Shown here piece after piece: positions 48,879 through 60,439 of a stretch of DNA of 64,000 nt; the first letter of the stretch is position 1; each line of letters opens with the position of its first letter. The stretch comes from Squalus acanthias (Eukaryota). The notes below the pieces were generated by a model that was not told the DNA's origin, made no database searches, and worked only from the letters and a program-made list of their open reading frames with translations. The translations under genes and the position numbers were made by a program. The stretch lies in the NCBI GenBank assembly GCA_030390025.1, contig CM059432.1, positions 37,202,001 to 37,266,000 of the forward strand. The letters run 5' to 3'.

Positions 48879-50503
48879 GTGAGAAGTGGGATGGAATCAA
48901 TCCCTAAACCACATTGAGTGTCACTTGTGTTTGGATGATTGAATTGGTTAGTCCACTATTGCACAGCGATGTATCACAGGAGCGTCCAAACTATGCCCAA
49001 GGCCCAGGCAACTCAGTCCTATTTGAGCTTATGTTTCTTAATCAGTACTTTACTTGGGCCTGGAATTTTGGAATGGCAGTTTATAACACTCTTTGTTGCC
49101 TCATTGGTGGATTAGTCCTAAATTGGAACACTGAAATCTGTTCATATCAGCAATTTGCAAATTAATGTTAACATCCATTTCAACTTGGTATGACCCCACG
49201 GCTTCATGGTCAATGGAAACTAAAAACTTGGACACTCCTGGTAAATCACAGCTGGTTTGCCATCTAAATGTAAACTGAAGCAAGGTGTTGAGGCAAGAGG
49301 GGTGATGAAAGATGCAAGTGCCGTTGCTGCTGGGAAGCTGAAAATATAAGTAACTTGTTTTTGTTGGAGAGTAATGCTGATTAGTGTGTAATTGACCAAT
49401 GTGCTGTGTATATCAACTGAAAATACTCAGCCAGTCAGGCAACATCTGTGGAGAGAAACATTTCGTCAGAACTGGAAAATGTTTCCAGCATTTTCAGATT
49501 TCCAACATCTGCATTATTTTGCTTTTTGTGCTATGTATATCGTTCAGTTTGAGGCAACGAGCCAAGTGATGCAGACCACCCACTGCTGCGGACAGATTTG
49601 ACGAAACTGCTGCTGAGACCTCTAGGTAGTGGAGGATATCATGGCATGCTATTACTTCATACACAAAGGACCAAGCACTTCGATATCCTCGTGGCACTGC
49701 ATTAGAGAATTGAACTTGAGCCTGGCAGATTCCTAGTCCTGAATGATACTGGAGCTATCCCTCCACTCCATGGGGATTGGACTTTGGTCTCAGTTGCTTC
49801 ATTCAGGAAATATCGGAAGTAGCAATGTGAGGATCTCTGTTCATTTACTTGGGCATTTTATATTTCCCTTTAGTGATGGGGGAAGTGCAGTTCCATCTTT
49901 TGTTTACGTTGTTGGGTTACAGAGGACCAATAGCTAGAGTGGGTCAGTGGCTACTGCACCAGAGTGGGACTTGAATCAGGGAGATCATCGTTGGAATCCT
50001 AGTCTTGACTTGTATTTGAGCTGTGCTGTCCCAAGTAAGCAGTATGAAGAAGGCTTTGGGGAGAGAGAATTTTATTTTTAATTGAAGAATTAAATTTTTT
50101 TCTTAAATACTTGCTCTTACAGAATTGCAGTTTTTTTTTAATTGGTGGAAGGGTAGAACCAATTATGTTGTCTGTGATGGTGTTTGTTTACCATGGTGAT
50201 GGCTCAAGTGTAAAGATATACCTACATAAGAACATAAGAAATATGAGCAGGAGTAGGCCCTTTGAGCCTGCTCCGCCATTCAATGAGATCATGGCTGATC
50301 CTCTGCCTCAACTCCATTCACCGGCCCTACCTGAATGCAGTATGTGTGTGTTGATATGGTTGACACTGAATACCTTAATTCAATTTCTTTGATATTCTTC
50401 CGTTCTTACTTTAAAAGGTATTTTATAATTACATATCTCTGCATCAAGCTTGATCATTTGTGGTACCTTACACTACTAGTCTCCTTTTGGTTTCAGGAGT
50501 ATA

Positions 50504-50528
50504 GTGTGTGTGTGTGTGTGTGTGTGTG
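50504..50528. repeat. (GT)n microsatellite
   Basis: Read directly. Confidence 0.95.
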
Positions 50529-51639
50529 CTTTCCTGCTTTCGACTATCCATTTCACAGCCCCGCCTACCAACCTCCCCTGGCCCTCCCCCAATGGCTTTG
50601 TCACTTAGTTGGGTACTACGTAGGGTGCACTGTTCTACTGTGAAATTAAAACCAATTTTAAACAAGAACATCTCTGGGACTTTCTTTCAGTTAGAATTTT
50701 ATATATATTTGGGCCATTTACTTTAGAAGTTAATTTGCATTGATCAGAGGGATAGGAACACTGAAAATGAACCATCATTGCCTTTGTACTTTTGATCAAG
50801 TGGTAGAAGTGCAATATTTGTTAATTCAAAAGCAATAGCTGGATACGGTAGTTAATGTCCTCTTGATGTCTGTTAAACCCATTGTTACTTGGATTTCAGT
50901 AAAGTGTAATGGTGGGTGTGTGATTTGTTTTTATTCTGTCCACTGAAGCTGCTCATCCAGCAGTGCAATTATTGGATTCTGTTCCAACATGGCAATGTAT
51001 CCAGGGAGAGCATTTTGTGTTGTCTGTCATGGGGGTTGAATACTGCTGGTGGTGAGAGTTATTTGAGATAAAGTACAGCCCTGTTGTGATCAGTGAGGAG
51101 GGGCATGCTGGGTGCATAAAAGTCAAGTTCTTGTTGAGGTGCTTTAACGTTTTCAAAAAATATTACATGGGAGCATACAAGGCCACCAGAGCCATAACTT
51201 TGCTCTTGTATGCATGCATTTGCTCGCTTTCTTTCACATACATCTCAATCCCTCGATTGGTTTTGAAGTATCTTTGAAGCTTTTGTAATTTGCCCTTCAT
51301 CTCACTGCCAAGCTGGGAGCTTTCATCATCTGACCAAATTGAACAATTTTGATTGATCCAGTTTTGAAAGAGTTTTCATTAGCTATGTGTGTCTGTTCTA
51401 GATGTGCTTGTATTCCAGAGTGTAATATCTGTTCAGTTCTCTGCTTGGATGCTAGTTTAATCTCGAGCTCTGCCAGTTGGCTAGCCGATCGTGTTCGAAG
51501 GGTGTTCTTTGGACTGTTTGACCTGTGTTTTCTTTTGAGACATGTTCAGAATGCTTCAAACCACATTTTCTATCTGGCGGCAAAACAGTCAGCTCGTCTT
51601 GCACATCCTTATCTTTCAAAAAATATAAGTGACTCCTAT

Positions 51640-53605
51640 ACAGCCAGGAGCAGCACCAAGCGTTCCTAAAAAAAAAAAAAATGAGGTGCCAACCTGGGAA
51701 GCTGCAACACAGGACCACATGCATGCTAAAGAGCAGAAGCAGCATGCTATAATCAGCGGATCTGCTGTCCTGCCACATCCAGTCGTGAATGGTAGTGGAC
51801 AATTCAACAACTAATGGGAGGCAGAGGCTCCATGAATATCCCCATCCTCGGTGATGGCGGAGCCCAGCACGCAAGTGCAAAAGACAAGGCTGAAGTGTTT
51901 GCAACCATCTTCAGCCAGAAGTGCCGAGTGGATGATCCATATCGGCCTCCTCCTGAGGTCTCCAGCATCACAGAAGCCAGTCTTCAGCCAATTCGATTCA
52001 CTTCATGTGATATCAAGAAACAGCTGAGCGCACTGGATACAGCAAAGGCTATGGGCCCCGACACATCCCGGCTGTTGTGCTGAAGACTTGTACTCCAGAA
52101 CTAGCCGCACCTCTAGCCAAGCTGTTCCAGTACAGCTACAACACTGGCATCTATCCGACAATGTGGAAAACTGCCCAGGTATGTCCTGTCCACAAAAAGC
52201 AGAACAAATCCAATCCGACCAATTACCGCCCCATCAGTCTGCTCTCAATCATCAGCAAAGTGATGGAAGGTGTCATTGACAGTGCTATCAAGCGGCACTG
52301 ACTCACCAATAACCTGCTCACTGATTTCCCAGTTTAGATTCCGCCAAGACCACTCGGCTCCCGACCTCATTACAACCTTGGGTCAAACATGGACAAAGGA
52401 GCTGAATTCCAGAGGTGAGATGAGAGTGACTGCCCTAGACATCAAGGCAGCATTTGACAGTGTGGTGCAACAAGGAGCCCTAGTAAAACTGAAGTCAATG
52501 GGAATCCGGGGGCGGGGGGGGAATTCTCCACTGGCTGGAGTCATACCTAGCACAAAGGAAGATGGATGAGGTGGTTGAAGGTCAATCATCACAGCCCAGG
52601 ACATCGCTGCAGGAGTTCCTCAAGGCAGTGTCCTAGGCCCAACCATCTTTGCTGCTTCATCAATGACCTTCCCTCCAACATATGGTCAGAAATGGGGATG
52701 TTCGTTGATGACTGCACAGCGTTCCGTGCCATTCGCAACTCCTCAGATAATGAAGCAGTCCATGCCCGCATGCAACAAGACGTAGACGACGTTCAGGCTT
52801 GGGCTGATAAGTGGCAGGTAACATTCGCGCCACTGAAGTGCCAGGCAATGACTATCTTCCAACAAGCGAGAGTCTAACCACTGCCCCTTGACATTCAACG
52901 GCATTACCATTGCCGAATCCACCACCATTAACATCCTGGGGGTCACCATTGACCAGAAACTTAACTGGACCAACCACATAAATACTGTGGCAACAAGAGC
53001 AGGTCAGAGGCTAGGTATTCTGCGGCGAGTGTCTCACCACCTGACTCCCCAAAGCCTTTCCACCATCTACAAGGCACAAGTAAGGGGCTTGATGGAATAC
53101 TCTCCACTTGCCTGGATGAGTGCAGCTCCAACAACACTCAAGAAGCTCGATACCATCCAGGACAAAGCAGCCCGCTTGATTGGCACCCCATCCACCACCT
53201 TAAACATTCACTCCCTCCACCACCGGCGTACCGTGGCTGCAGTGTGTACCATCTACAAGATGCACTGCAACACCTTGCCAAGGCTTCTTTGGCAGCACCT
53301 CCCAAACCCGCAACCTCTTCCACCTAGAAGGACAAGGGCAGCAGGCGCGTGGGAACACCAGCACCTCCAAGTTCCCCTCCCAAGTCACACACCATCCTGA
53401 CTTAGAAGTACATCACTGATCTTTCATCGTCGCTGGGTCAAAATCCTGGAACTCCCTACCGACGAGCACTGTAGGAGTAACTTCACCACATGGACTGCAG
53501 CGGTTCAAGAAGGCGGCTCACCACCTTCTCAATGGCAATTAGGGATGGGCAATAAATGCTGGCCTTGCCAGCGACGCCCACATCCCATAAACAACTTTTT
53601 TTAAA
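51640..53605 (+). mobile_element. Family B CR1-clade LINE, 5'-truncated, RT plus complete 3' tail
   Basis: ORFs 51814-52083, 52077-52301 (NYRPISLLS), 52270-52569 (ALDIKAAFD), 52566-52877 (MFVDD) and 52888-53400; tail gggatgggcaataaatgctggccttgccagcgacgcccacatccc. Confidence 0.93.
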
Positions 53606-54409
53606 AAGCAGCAGCAGCAGCAGCATTGTGTACCACAACAGACTGTAACCTCATGGCCTGCCACATCCCTCACTCCTTCATCTCCATCAAACTAGATGGT
53701 TAACTCTGGTTCAATTGCAAGTATAGAAAAATTTGATGGGACCAGCCATACTTCAGACTGGGCCACCAACCTAGTGAACCTATAACATTGGCTACTTGCA
53801 GGCCAATCTCCAAAAGCAACTCCCAACCAATGGATCAGAGCAAAGTTTTATAGCCGTAACCCATTCAGTGGAGTGGTGGTGGGCAATTAGCATAGGCAGG
53901 TAGCTCCATGAATATCCCAGAAAAGACAAAGTTGACTTGATGAAGCTCTTTGGAATTGCACGGTGGGGTGGGGAGGGGGGCAAGGGGCTTCGGTGGGGTT
54001 GATGTAGAGATGATGTTTCCGCTTGTGGGGGTGTCCAAAACTAACACCGGGATTACAATGGATGCTTTGCCACAAAAGAGACACATTTCAGCCAGGTGCG
54101 CTCAACCCTCCAGGTACCTTCCTTCTTCATCTCCCTACCTTTGGCTGTGATTTTTACCTCATTTATACTGTTTTTGGCTACACTATTCCATAGGCATCTG
54201 CATTCCATAATCATTTATCCACTTTCGGTACCAGTCTCTGTCAAGATATCCCTCGGCCTGTTCAATATTATGTTCTCCAAGTTGCATAGAAAGTACCAAT
54301 GTTTGAGTTAGAAAAGCCGAATGAGAACTGAGTCTCCAGTTGGAGGGTGGGTGATCAAGTGAATCTAAATGTAAACATATGCTCGCTGGCTTTGGAGAAT
54401 GCTATAGCT

Positions 54410-55530
54410 GCAGCTCTTTTCTCTATGAAAAGAGAAGACTGAGGGGTGACCTGATAGGTCTTTTAAATTATGGAGGGATTCGATAGTGTAGATGTAGAGA
54501 AGGTGTTTCCACTTGTGCAGAGTCCCAAAACTAGGGGCCATAAATATAAGATGGTCACTAATAAATCCAATGAGGAATTCTGGAGAAAGTTATTTTCTCC
54601 GAGATTGGTGAGAATGTGGATCTTGCTACCACGTGGAATCATTGAGGTGCATACCATAGCTGCATTTAAGGGGAATCTAGATAAGTACATGAGGGAGAAA
54701 GGAATAGAAGGGTATTTTGATAGGGTTAGATGAAGTAAGGTGGGAGGAGGCTCATGTGGAGCATGGACATGTTGGGCCGAATGGCCTGTTTGTGTGCTGT
54801 AAAATTTTATGTAATTCTATTCTGCCCTCTACCATGGGGAGCCTGGTTCACGAGTGCGAGAGAAGAATGAAGTGTTTGCAAGCATCTTCCAGGTAAAAGT
54901 GCATCCTAAGTCTCTAGCATCATAGGTGTCATTGTTCAGCTAACTCTCCTTCATCTACTTGATGTTTAAAAAGTGGCTGAGAACATCCTAACTCTTGTGG
55001 GAAGGTTCTTTACACTAGAACTAGCTGAGCTATGAAGCATTAACACTAGCATTTACCCAACAATGTAGAAATTGCTTATGGTTATCCTTTCCACAAAAAA
55101 GGAAAACCTAACCCAGCCAGTTGCTGCATTGTCAGCCTCCTCCCAATCTTCAGCAAAGTGCTGGAAGAAATAATCAGTTATCAAACCGAACCAGTTTGGC
55201 CTCGTTAAGTTTGGTTCTACCAGAGCCATTTGGGCTTCAGATCTTGTAGCCTTGGAACAGACCCGAGGAGAGCTGAACGGCAGAAGAGGGGTGAGGGTAG
55301 CTGCTTATTAAGATAGTATTTGACTGAGTAGGCCATCAATAAGCCTGAGATCAATGGGCAAACCCTCCAGAGGCTGGTCATATCTGATCTACTGATAGAT
55401 GGTCATAATTGTCAGGCCAATCATCACAGCCACAGGCTATCTGTGTGTCACTACCAGAGTCGCTGAGGGCTTCATCGTTGATCTTCCGTCTCGAGGTCAG
55501 GAATGGGGCTGTGTTCAGCTCCGTTCACAA
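54410..55530 (+). mobile_element. CR1 3' end (about 54410-54820) followed by a heavily decayed family B fragment (about 54830-55530)
   Basis: ORF 54470-54733 (FDSVDVEKVFPLV...TRGHKYK); the downstream part is degenerately similar to 51840-52720. Confidence 0.7.
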
Positions 55531-55755
55531 TTCATCTTTGAAAGAGACTCAATTAGTCCCACTCCCCTGCTCTTTCTCCATAGCCCTGCAAATTTTTCCT
55601 CTTCAAGTATTTATCCAATTCCATTTTGAAAGTTATTGAATCTGCTTCCACCACCCTTTCAAAAATGAGAAGTCGCACAACACCAGGTTATAGTCCAACA
55701 GTTTTATTTAAAATTACGAGCTTTCGGAGCGCTGCTCCTTCAGGTACAAGTACAG

Positions 55756-56072
55756 CAACACGGTGGCATAGTGGTTAGCACTGTTGCCTCACAGCGCCAG
55801 GGACCCGGGTTCGAATCCGGCCTCGGGTGACTGTCTGTGTGGAGTTTGCACATTCTCCCCGTGTCTGCGTGGGTTTCCTCCGGGTGCTCCGGTTTCCTCC
55901 CACAGTCCAAAGATGTGCGGGTTAGGTTGATTTGGCTATGATAAATTGACCCTTAGTGATAGGGGGGGATTAAATACGTGGGGTTACGGGGATAGGGTGG
56001 GATATGTGTCGGTGCAGGCTCGATGGGCCGAAATGGCCTTTATCTGCACTGTGGGGATTCTGTGATTCTGTG
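55756..56072 (+). mobile_element. Full-length HE1 V-SINE inserted in the left arm of the palindrome
   Basis: A box tggcatagtgg, B box ggttcgaatcc, V-domain and (attctgtg)2 tail; 8-bp TSD AAGTACAG at 55748-55755 and 56073-56080. Confidence 0.95.
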
Positions 56073-56588
56073 AAGTACAGTGAGGGAATACAAATCGGCA
56101 GTATATATACACAGAGAGCAATTTGTCTGCAGAGATACAATCTGTTAGGAAGGCATTACATCAAAGACACATCCGAGCACAGCCAAGACAATGAGGTGGG
56201 TCACAGGGGGTCCAACGTGTCAAATGTTGCCGTCTGCAGTTGAGCTTTTAACTTTTTTTGTGGGTTTTTTTGTGTTTTTTTTAACTGGAAAGACAGACAA
56301 CGATGTCGAGTCACGTTCTGTAGCGTGACATGAACCAGAGATGACGCTACAGAACGTGACTCGACATCGTTGTCTTTCCAGTTTTAAAAAAAGCAAACAA
56401 ACAAAAAAAGTTAAAAGCTCAACTGCAGATGGCAACATTTGACACGTTGGACCCCCTGTGACCCACCTCATTGTCTTGGCTGTGCTCTGATGTCTTTGAT
56501 GTAATGCCTTCCTAACAGATTGTATCTCTGCAGACAAATTGCTCTCTGTGTATATATACTGCCGATTTGTATTCCCTCACTGTACTTG

Positions 56589-56623
56589 TACCTGAAGAAG
56601 GAGCAGCGCTCCGAAAGCTCATA
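56589..56623 (+). ncRNA. Minimal type-I hammerhead ribozyme motif (Penelope pLTR type)
   Basis: UAC-CUGAAGA-A-GGAGC-AGC-GCUCC-GAAA-GCUC-AUA: conserved boxes, 5-bp stem II and a palindromic AGCU stem III. The antisense copy at ~55716-55747 lacks 3 nt of the core. Confidence 0.75.
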
Positions 56624-56739
56624 ATTTTAAATAAAACTGTTGGACTATAACCTGGTGTTGTGCGACTTCTCATTTTTGTCCACCCCAGTCCAACACCGGC
56701 ATCTCCGCATCATGACCACCCTTTCAGGCAGTGCAGAGT

Positions 56740-58170
56740 ACCCAGCCACTACCCTGTTCTTGTACCCAGTGTTGATGGGACTAGTCCAGTTCAGTTTCTG
56801 ATCACTGGTAGCCCTCACCCATTGGTGTTGATGATGGTCAATGCCTGGCAATTACATGAAACAAATGTTACCTGGCACTTGTCAGCTGAACCTTGGAGGT
56901 TGTTCAGCTCCTGCTGGTCTGCCCCATTATTAGAGGAGTCTATGAAAGTGGCAGGACAAGTTGAGAAGGCTATTAAAAAAGCAATTCAAGATCCTTGGCT
57001 ATATAAATAGACCCCACCCCACACCCTAATAGATGGGTGCAGGTGCAAAAACACTCAAAGTTTACCATCCAAGTCACGCACAATCCCAACTTGGACATAT
57101 ATCGCTTTTCATTCATTGTCGCTGGATCAAAATCCTGGAACTCTCTAACTAACAGAATTGTAGAAGTACCTTTACCACAAGGACTGCAGCAGTTCAAGAA
57201 GAAAGCCCACCACCTTCTAGCCGCAGGGGTAGGCCATTCAGCCGCTCGAGTCTTCCGGTACTCAATTAAATCCTGGCTGATCTGTATCATAACCCACTTA
57301 CCCACCTTGGTTCTGTAATCCTTAATTACTCTTGCCTAAAATAAATTTCTCGGTTTTGAAATTTTCAATTGAACGATTGACCTAGCCTCAGTAGTTCTTT
57401 TGCAGGGAAGTGTTCCAGATTTCTGCTACCCTTTGTATGAAGAAGTACTTCCTGACATTACCCCTGACTGCCCTAACTCTAATTTTAAGGTTATGCCCCC
57501 TTATTCTGGACTAGCTCCACCAGCGTAAATACTTTCTATCAAATCCTTTAATCGTTTTAACACCTCAATTTGATCATCCCTTAATCTTGCATATTCTAGG
57601 GAATAGAAGCCGGCTCTATGCAACCTGTCCTTGTAATTTAACCATTTTAACCTTGGTATCAGTCTGGTGTATCTGCGCTGCACCTGAAGGGCAACTACCG
57701 ATGGACAAAAAATTATGGCTTTGTCAGCGAAGTCTTATCTAGAGAATGAATAATAAAAGGACAAAGCGTGCAATTGATCAGTGCCCTTGCCATTGAATTT
57801 AATATCCACCACTGGCACACTGTGGCTGTAGTTTGTTCTAGGATGCATTGCAGCAGTTCACCAAGCACGTTTTGACAGTACCTCCCTGCCCCAGGACCTC
57901 TACCCTCTAAGGACAAAAGCAGAAATATCATGGGAACACTATCACATCCAAGTTTTCTCCAGTCGCACACCATCCTGACATGGATGTGTATCGTTAATCC
58001 TTCATGGTCACTGGGACAAAATCCTGGAATTTGCTACCCAACGCTATTACGAGAGCACCATTACAGTGAAGATTGCAGCATTTCAGGGAGGAGACCCTTT
58101 TTATCAGGAGAACTAGAGATGGGCAATAAATGCAGTGTAGCCAATAGAATCCAAGTCTGAAGAACAAAAA
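56740..58170. mobile_element. Cluster of LINE fragments: family B (-) ~56740-56940, family B tail (+) ~57040-57220, CR1 3' end (-) ~57220-57685, family B tail (+) ~57760-58170
   Basis: Similar to intact copies in this window, e.g. RFSFIVAGSKSWNSL and MQRRYTRLIPRLKWLNY. Confidence 0.7.
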
Positions 58171-58294
58171 TAAATCTTCGGCAAAGTAACGACATGCCAA
58201 GCAAGCAATGGTTACCAATAACCCCAGAAAGCATATACTGTGGCTGAAATTGAAAGAGGCCTAGGAGTCTTGGTAGATTAAAACCTCCATGTCC

Positions 58295-58920
58295 AACTAG
58301 CAACAACTTGTATTTATATTGCGCGTTTGATGTCCCAAGGCACTTCACACGAGTGTTAGCAAACAAAATTTGACTCTGAGCTACATGAGATTTTAAGGCA
58401 TATCTTAAAGGAGGAAAGAGAGGCGGAGAGATTATGGGAGGGAATTCCAGAGCTTAGGCACTTGGCAGCTGAAGGCATAGCCGCCAATGGTGGATTGATA
58501 AAAATCGGGGATGCTCAAGAGGCCAGAATTGGAGAAGCGCAGATATCTTGAGGGTTGTAGGGCTGGAGGAGATTAGAGATAGGGAAGGGTGAGGCCATGG
58601 AGGGATTTGAAAACTAGGATGACAATTTTAAAATCGAGGCATTGCTTAATCGGCAGCCAGTGAAGGTCAGCGAGCACGGGTGAACGGGACTTGGTGAGAA
58701 TTAAGAGATGAGCAGCAGAGTTTTGGATGACCAAGTTTACGGAGGGTAGAATGTGGGAGGCCAGCCAGGCGTGCATTGGAATAGTCAAGTCTAGAGGTAA
58801 CAAAGGCATGGATGAGGGTTTCAGCAGCAGATGAGACAGGGGTGGAGTCGGGCGATGTTATGAAGGTGGTCTTAGTGATGCTGCGGATATGTGTTCAGAA
58901 GCTCATCTTGGTCAAAAGGA
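58295..58920 (-). mobile_element. L2-type LINE 3' end
   Basis: ORF 58573-58809 (VIQNSAAHLL...PVLADLHWLPIKQCLDFKIVILVFKSLHG) is the L2 C-terminal signature. Confidence 0.88.
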
Positions 58921-58949
58921 CTCAAATGCCAATTAACAAAGCAAAACGA

Positions 58950-59470
58950 AAATTGATTTGAATAGCAAATAGTACAAGTCAGGAAGTTGTGATTAAAATG
59001 TACAGTGCTCTGCTCAGACTGCACCCTGCATACTGTGTCTTGTTCTTGCTGCAAAACAAGGAAAATATTTAAGCATTGAACACCGTGCTGAGAACCACCA
59101 TGGGGCTGATACCTCGTGTCGGGTCTGACTTATGAAAATAGGCTGAAGAAACTTGTGCTTTTTAACTTGGAAAAGAGGTGTCTGAGAAGTGATCTTAGAG
59201 CTATGTTCGGTAGTTAAGGGAATGGAAAAAGGATATATAGAATATTTGATTACATTTGGAGATGGGTTCAAAGTATTAAAGAGTAAATCTAGCACTAATT
59301 GTGGCAAGTTCTTGGCACAGTGATCATATATATGGAATGCTTTTGCAGATAGTATAGTGAAGCTGAAAACCCCCCAAAAATTCAGAAACATGCTGCAGTG
59401 GGAACCTGTGTCTTTAGATGGATGAATTAAGATGGCTTGAATGACCTTCATCTGTAATTATCTTGTGATC
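58950..59470 (+). mobile_element. Very old CR1 3' end
   Basis: Degenerate RT C-terminus and 3'UTR pattern. Confidence 0.55.
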
Positions 59471-60034
59471 ATCTTGCAGGTATGTCACTTAATGAAGGCA
59501 GCCGCATTGTAATTCTGTGGTGTCCTCAGGACAGCTTGCGCCGCCATCAAGTGGTTCACTGCTACAAGTTCTGTATTGTTAGCAGAGTATGCTTATTTTA
59601 CCCTCAACAAAAATTACAGGAAGGATGTAACATGACCTCACGTCTGTACTTTCATCGCATGCAACTGCCCAGATCTTTCCTCCCACAGCTGTGTGAAGTT
59701 CTGCATCCATCTATTCCTGCAGCTTGTGTATGTAGACCTACCTCAGGGTCTCTGATTTTGGCTGTGTTCCAAACACCATTCACAGACTTCCCAGTTCATT
59801 CCCTTAGCTTAGGGTGAGCTAGCTTATCCATAGGAATTGTTGCAGTATTTCTGACTATCAATGTTTCTGCAGCAATTTTACTCTTGGCAGCTGAACTAAA
59901 ATTAGAAAATGCTTGAAATAGACAGCAGGTTTGCCAACAGCTGAAAAGCAAAATGGATCCGGTACGGATTCTTCATCAGATCTCAAAGATAGGTGAGCCC
60001 TTAATAGGATTGAACAAAATGAAGAGTGGAGGGA

Positions 60035-60435
60035 AGAAAGAACTTGCTTTGAATATAGCAGATATATCCTCAGGACATCCCAAAGCACTTAATAATGAAT
60101 TACCTTGTGAAGTGTACTCACTGTTGCTATGTGGGCAATATGACACTCTCACTCAACAGGGTCCCACAAAACAACAATTGAGATCCGTCGGTGGTGTTGG
60201 TTGAGGGATACATATTGGCCCAGACACTGTGAGAACTCCCTGCTTTCCTTCCAATAGTGCCATGGGCTGTTTTACATCTACCTGAACAGGCAGGCATGGC
60301 CTTGGTTTAATGTCTGCTATGAAAGATGGCACCTCCAATAATGCATTGAAGTTTCAGTCTAGGTTATGTGTAGTGGTCCTGAAGTGGAATTTGAACCCAT
60401 GGTTTCTGGCTTAGTGCTACCGCTGAGCCCAGCAG
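60035..60435 (-). mobile_element. Deu-domain SINE (SacSINE1-like)
   Basis: Reverse-complement homologue of 45892-46332. Confidence 0.75.
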
Positions 60436-60439
60436 ACAT

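Larger units (their letters stand above)
55662..56714 (+). mobile_element. Non-coding palindromic (fold-back) Penelope-type element with hammerhead motifs, 36-nt tail and 12-bp TSD
   Basis: Left arm (55660-55755 plus 56081-56326) is the near-perfect reverse complement of the right arm (56344-56678); loop 56327-56343; tail 56679-56714; TSD ACCACCCTTTCA at 55650-55661 and 56715-56726, within an old CR1 3'UTR. Confidence 0.9.

Noticed and set aside
55756..55830. tRNA gene (also at 3370-3440)
   Set aside because: A/B boxes belong to a SINE head followed by the V-domain; no complete cloverleaf is evident.
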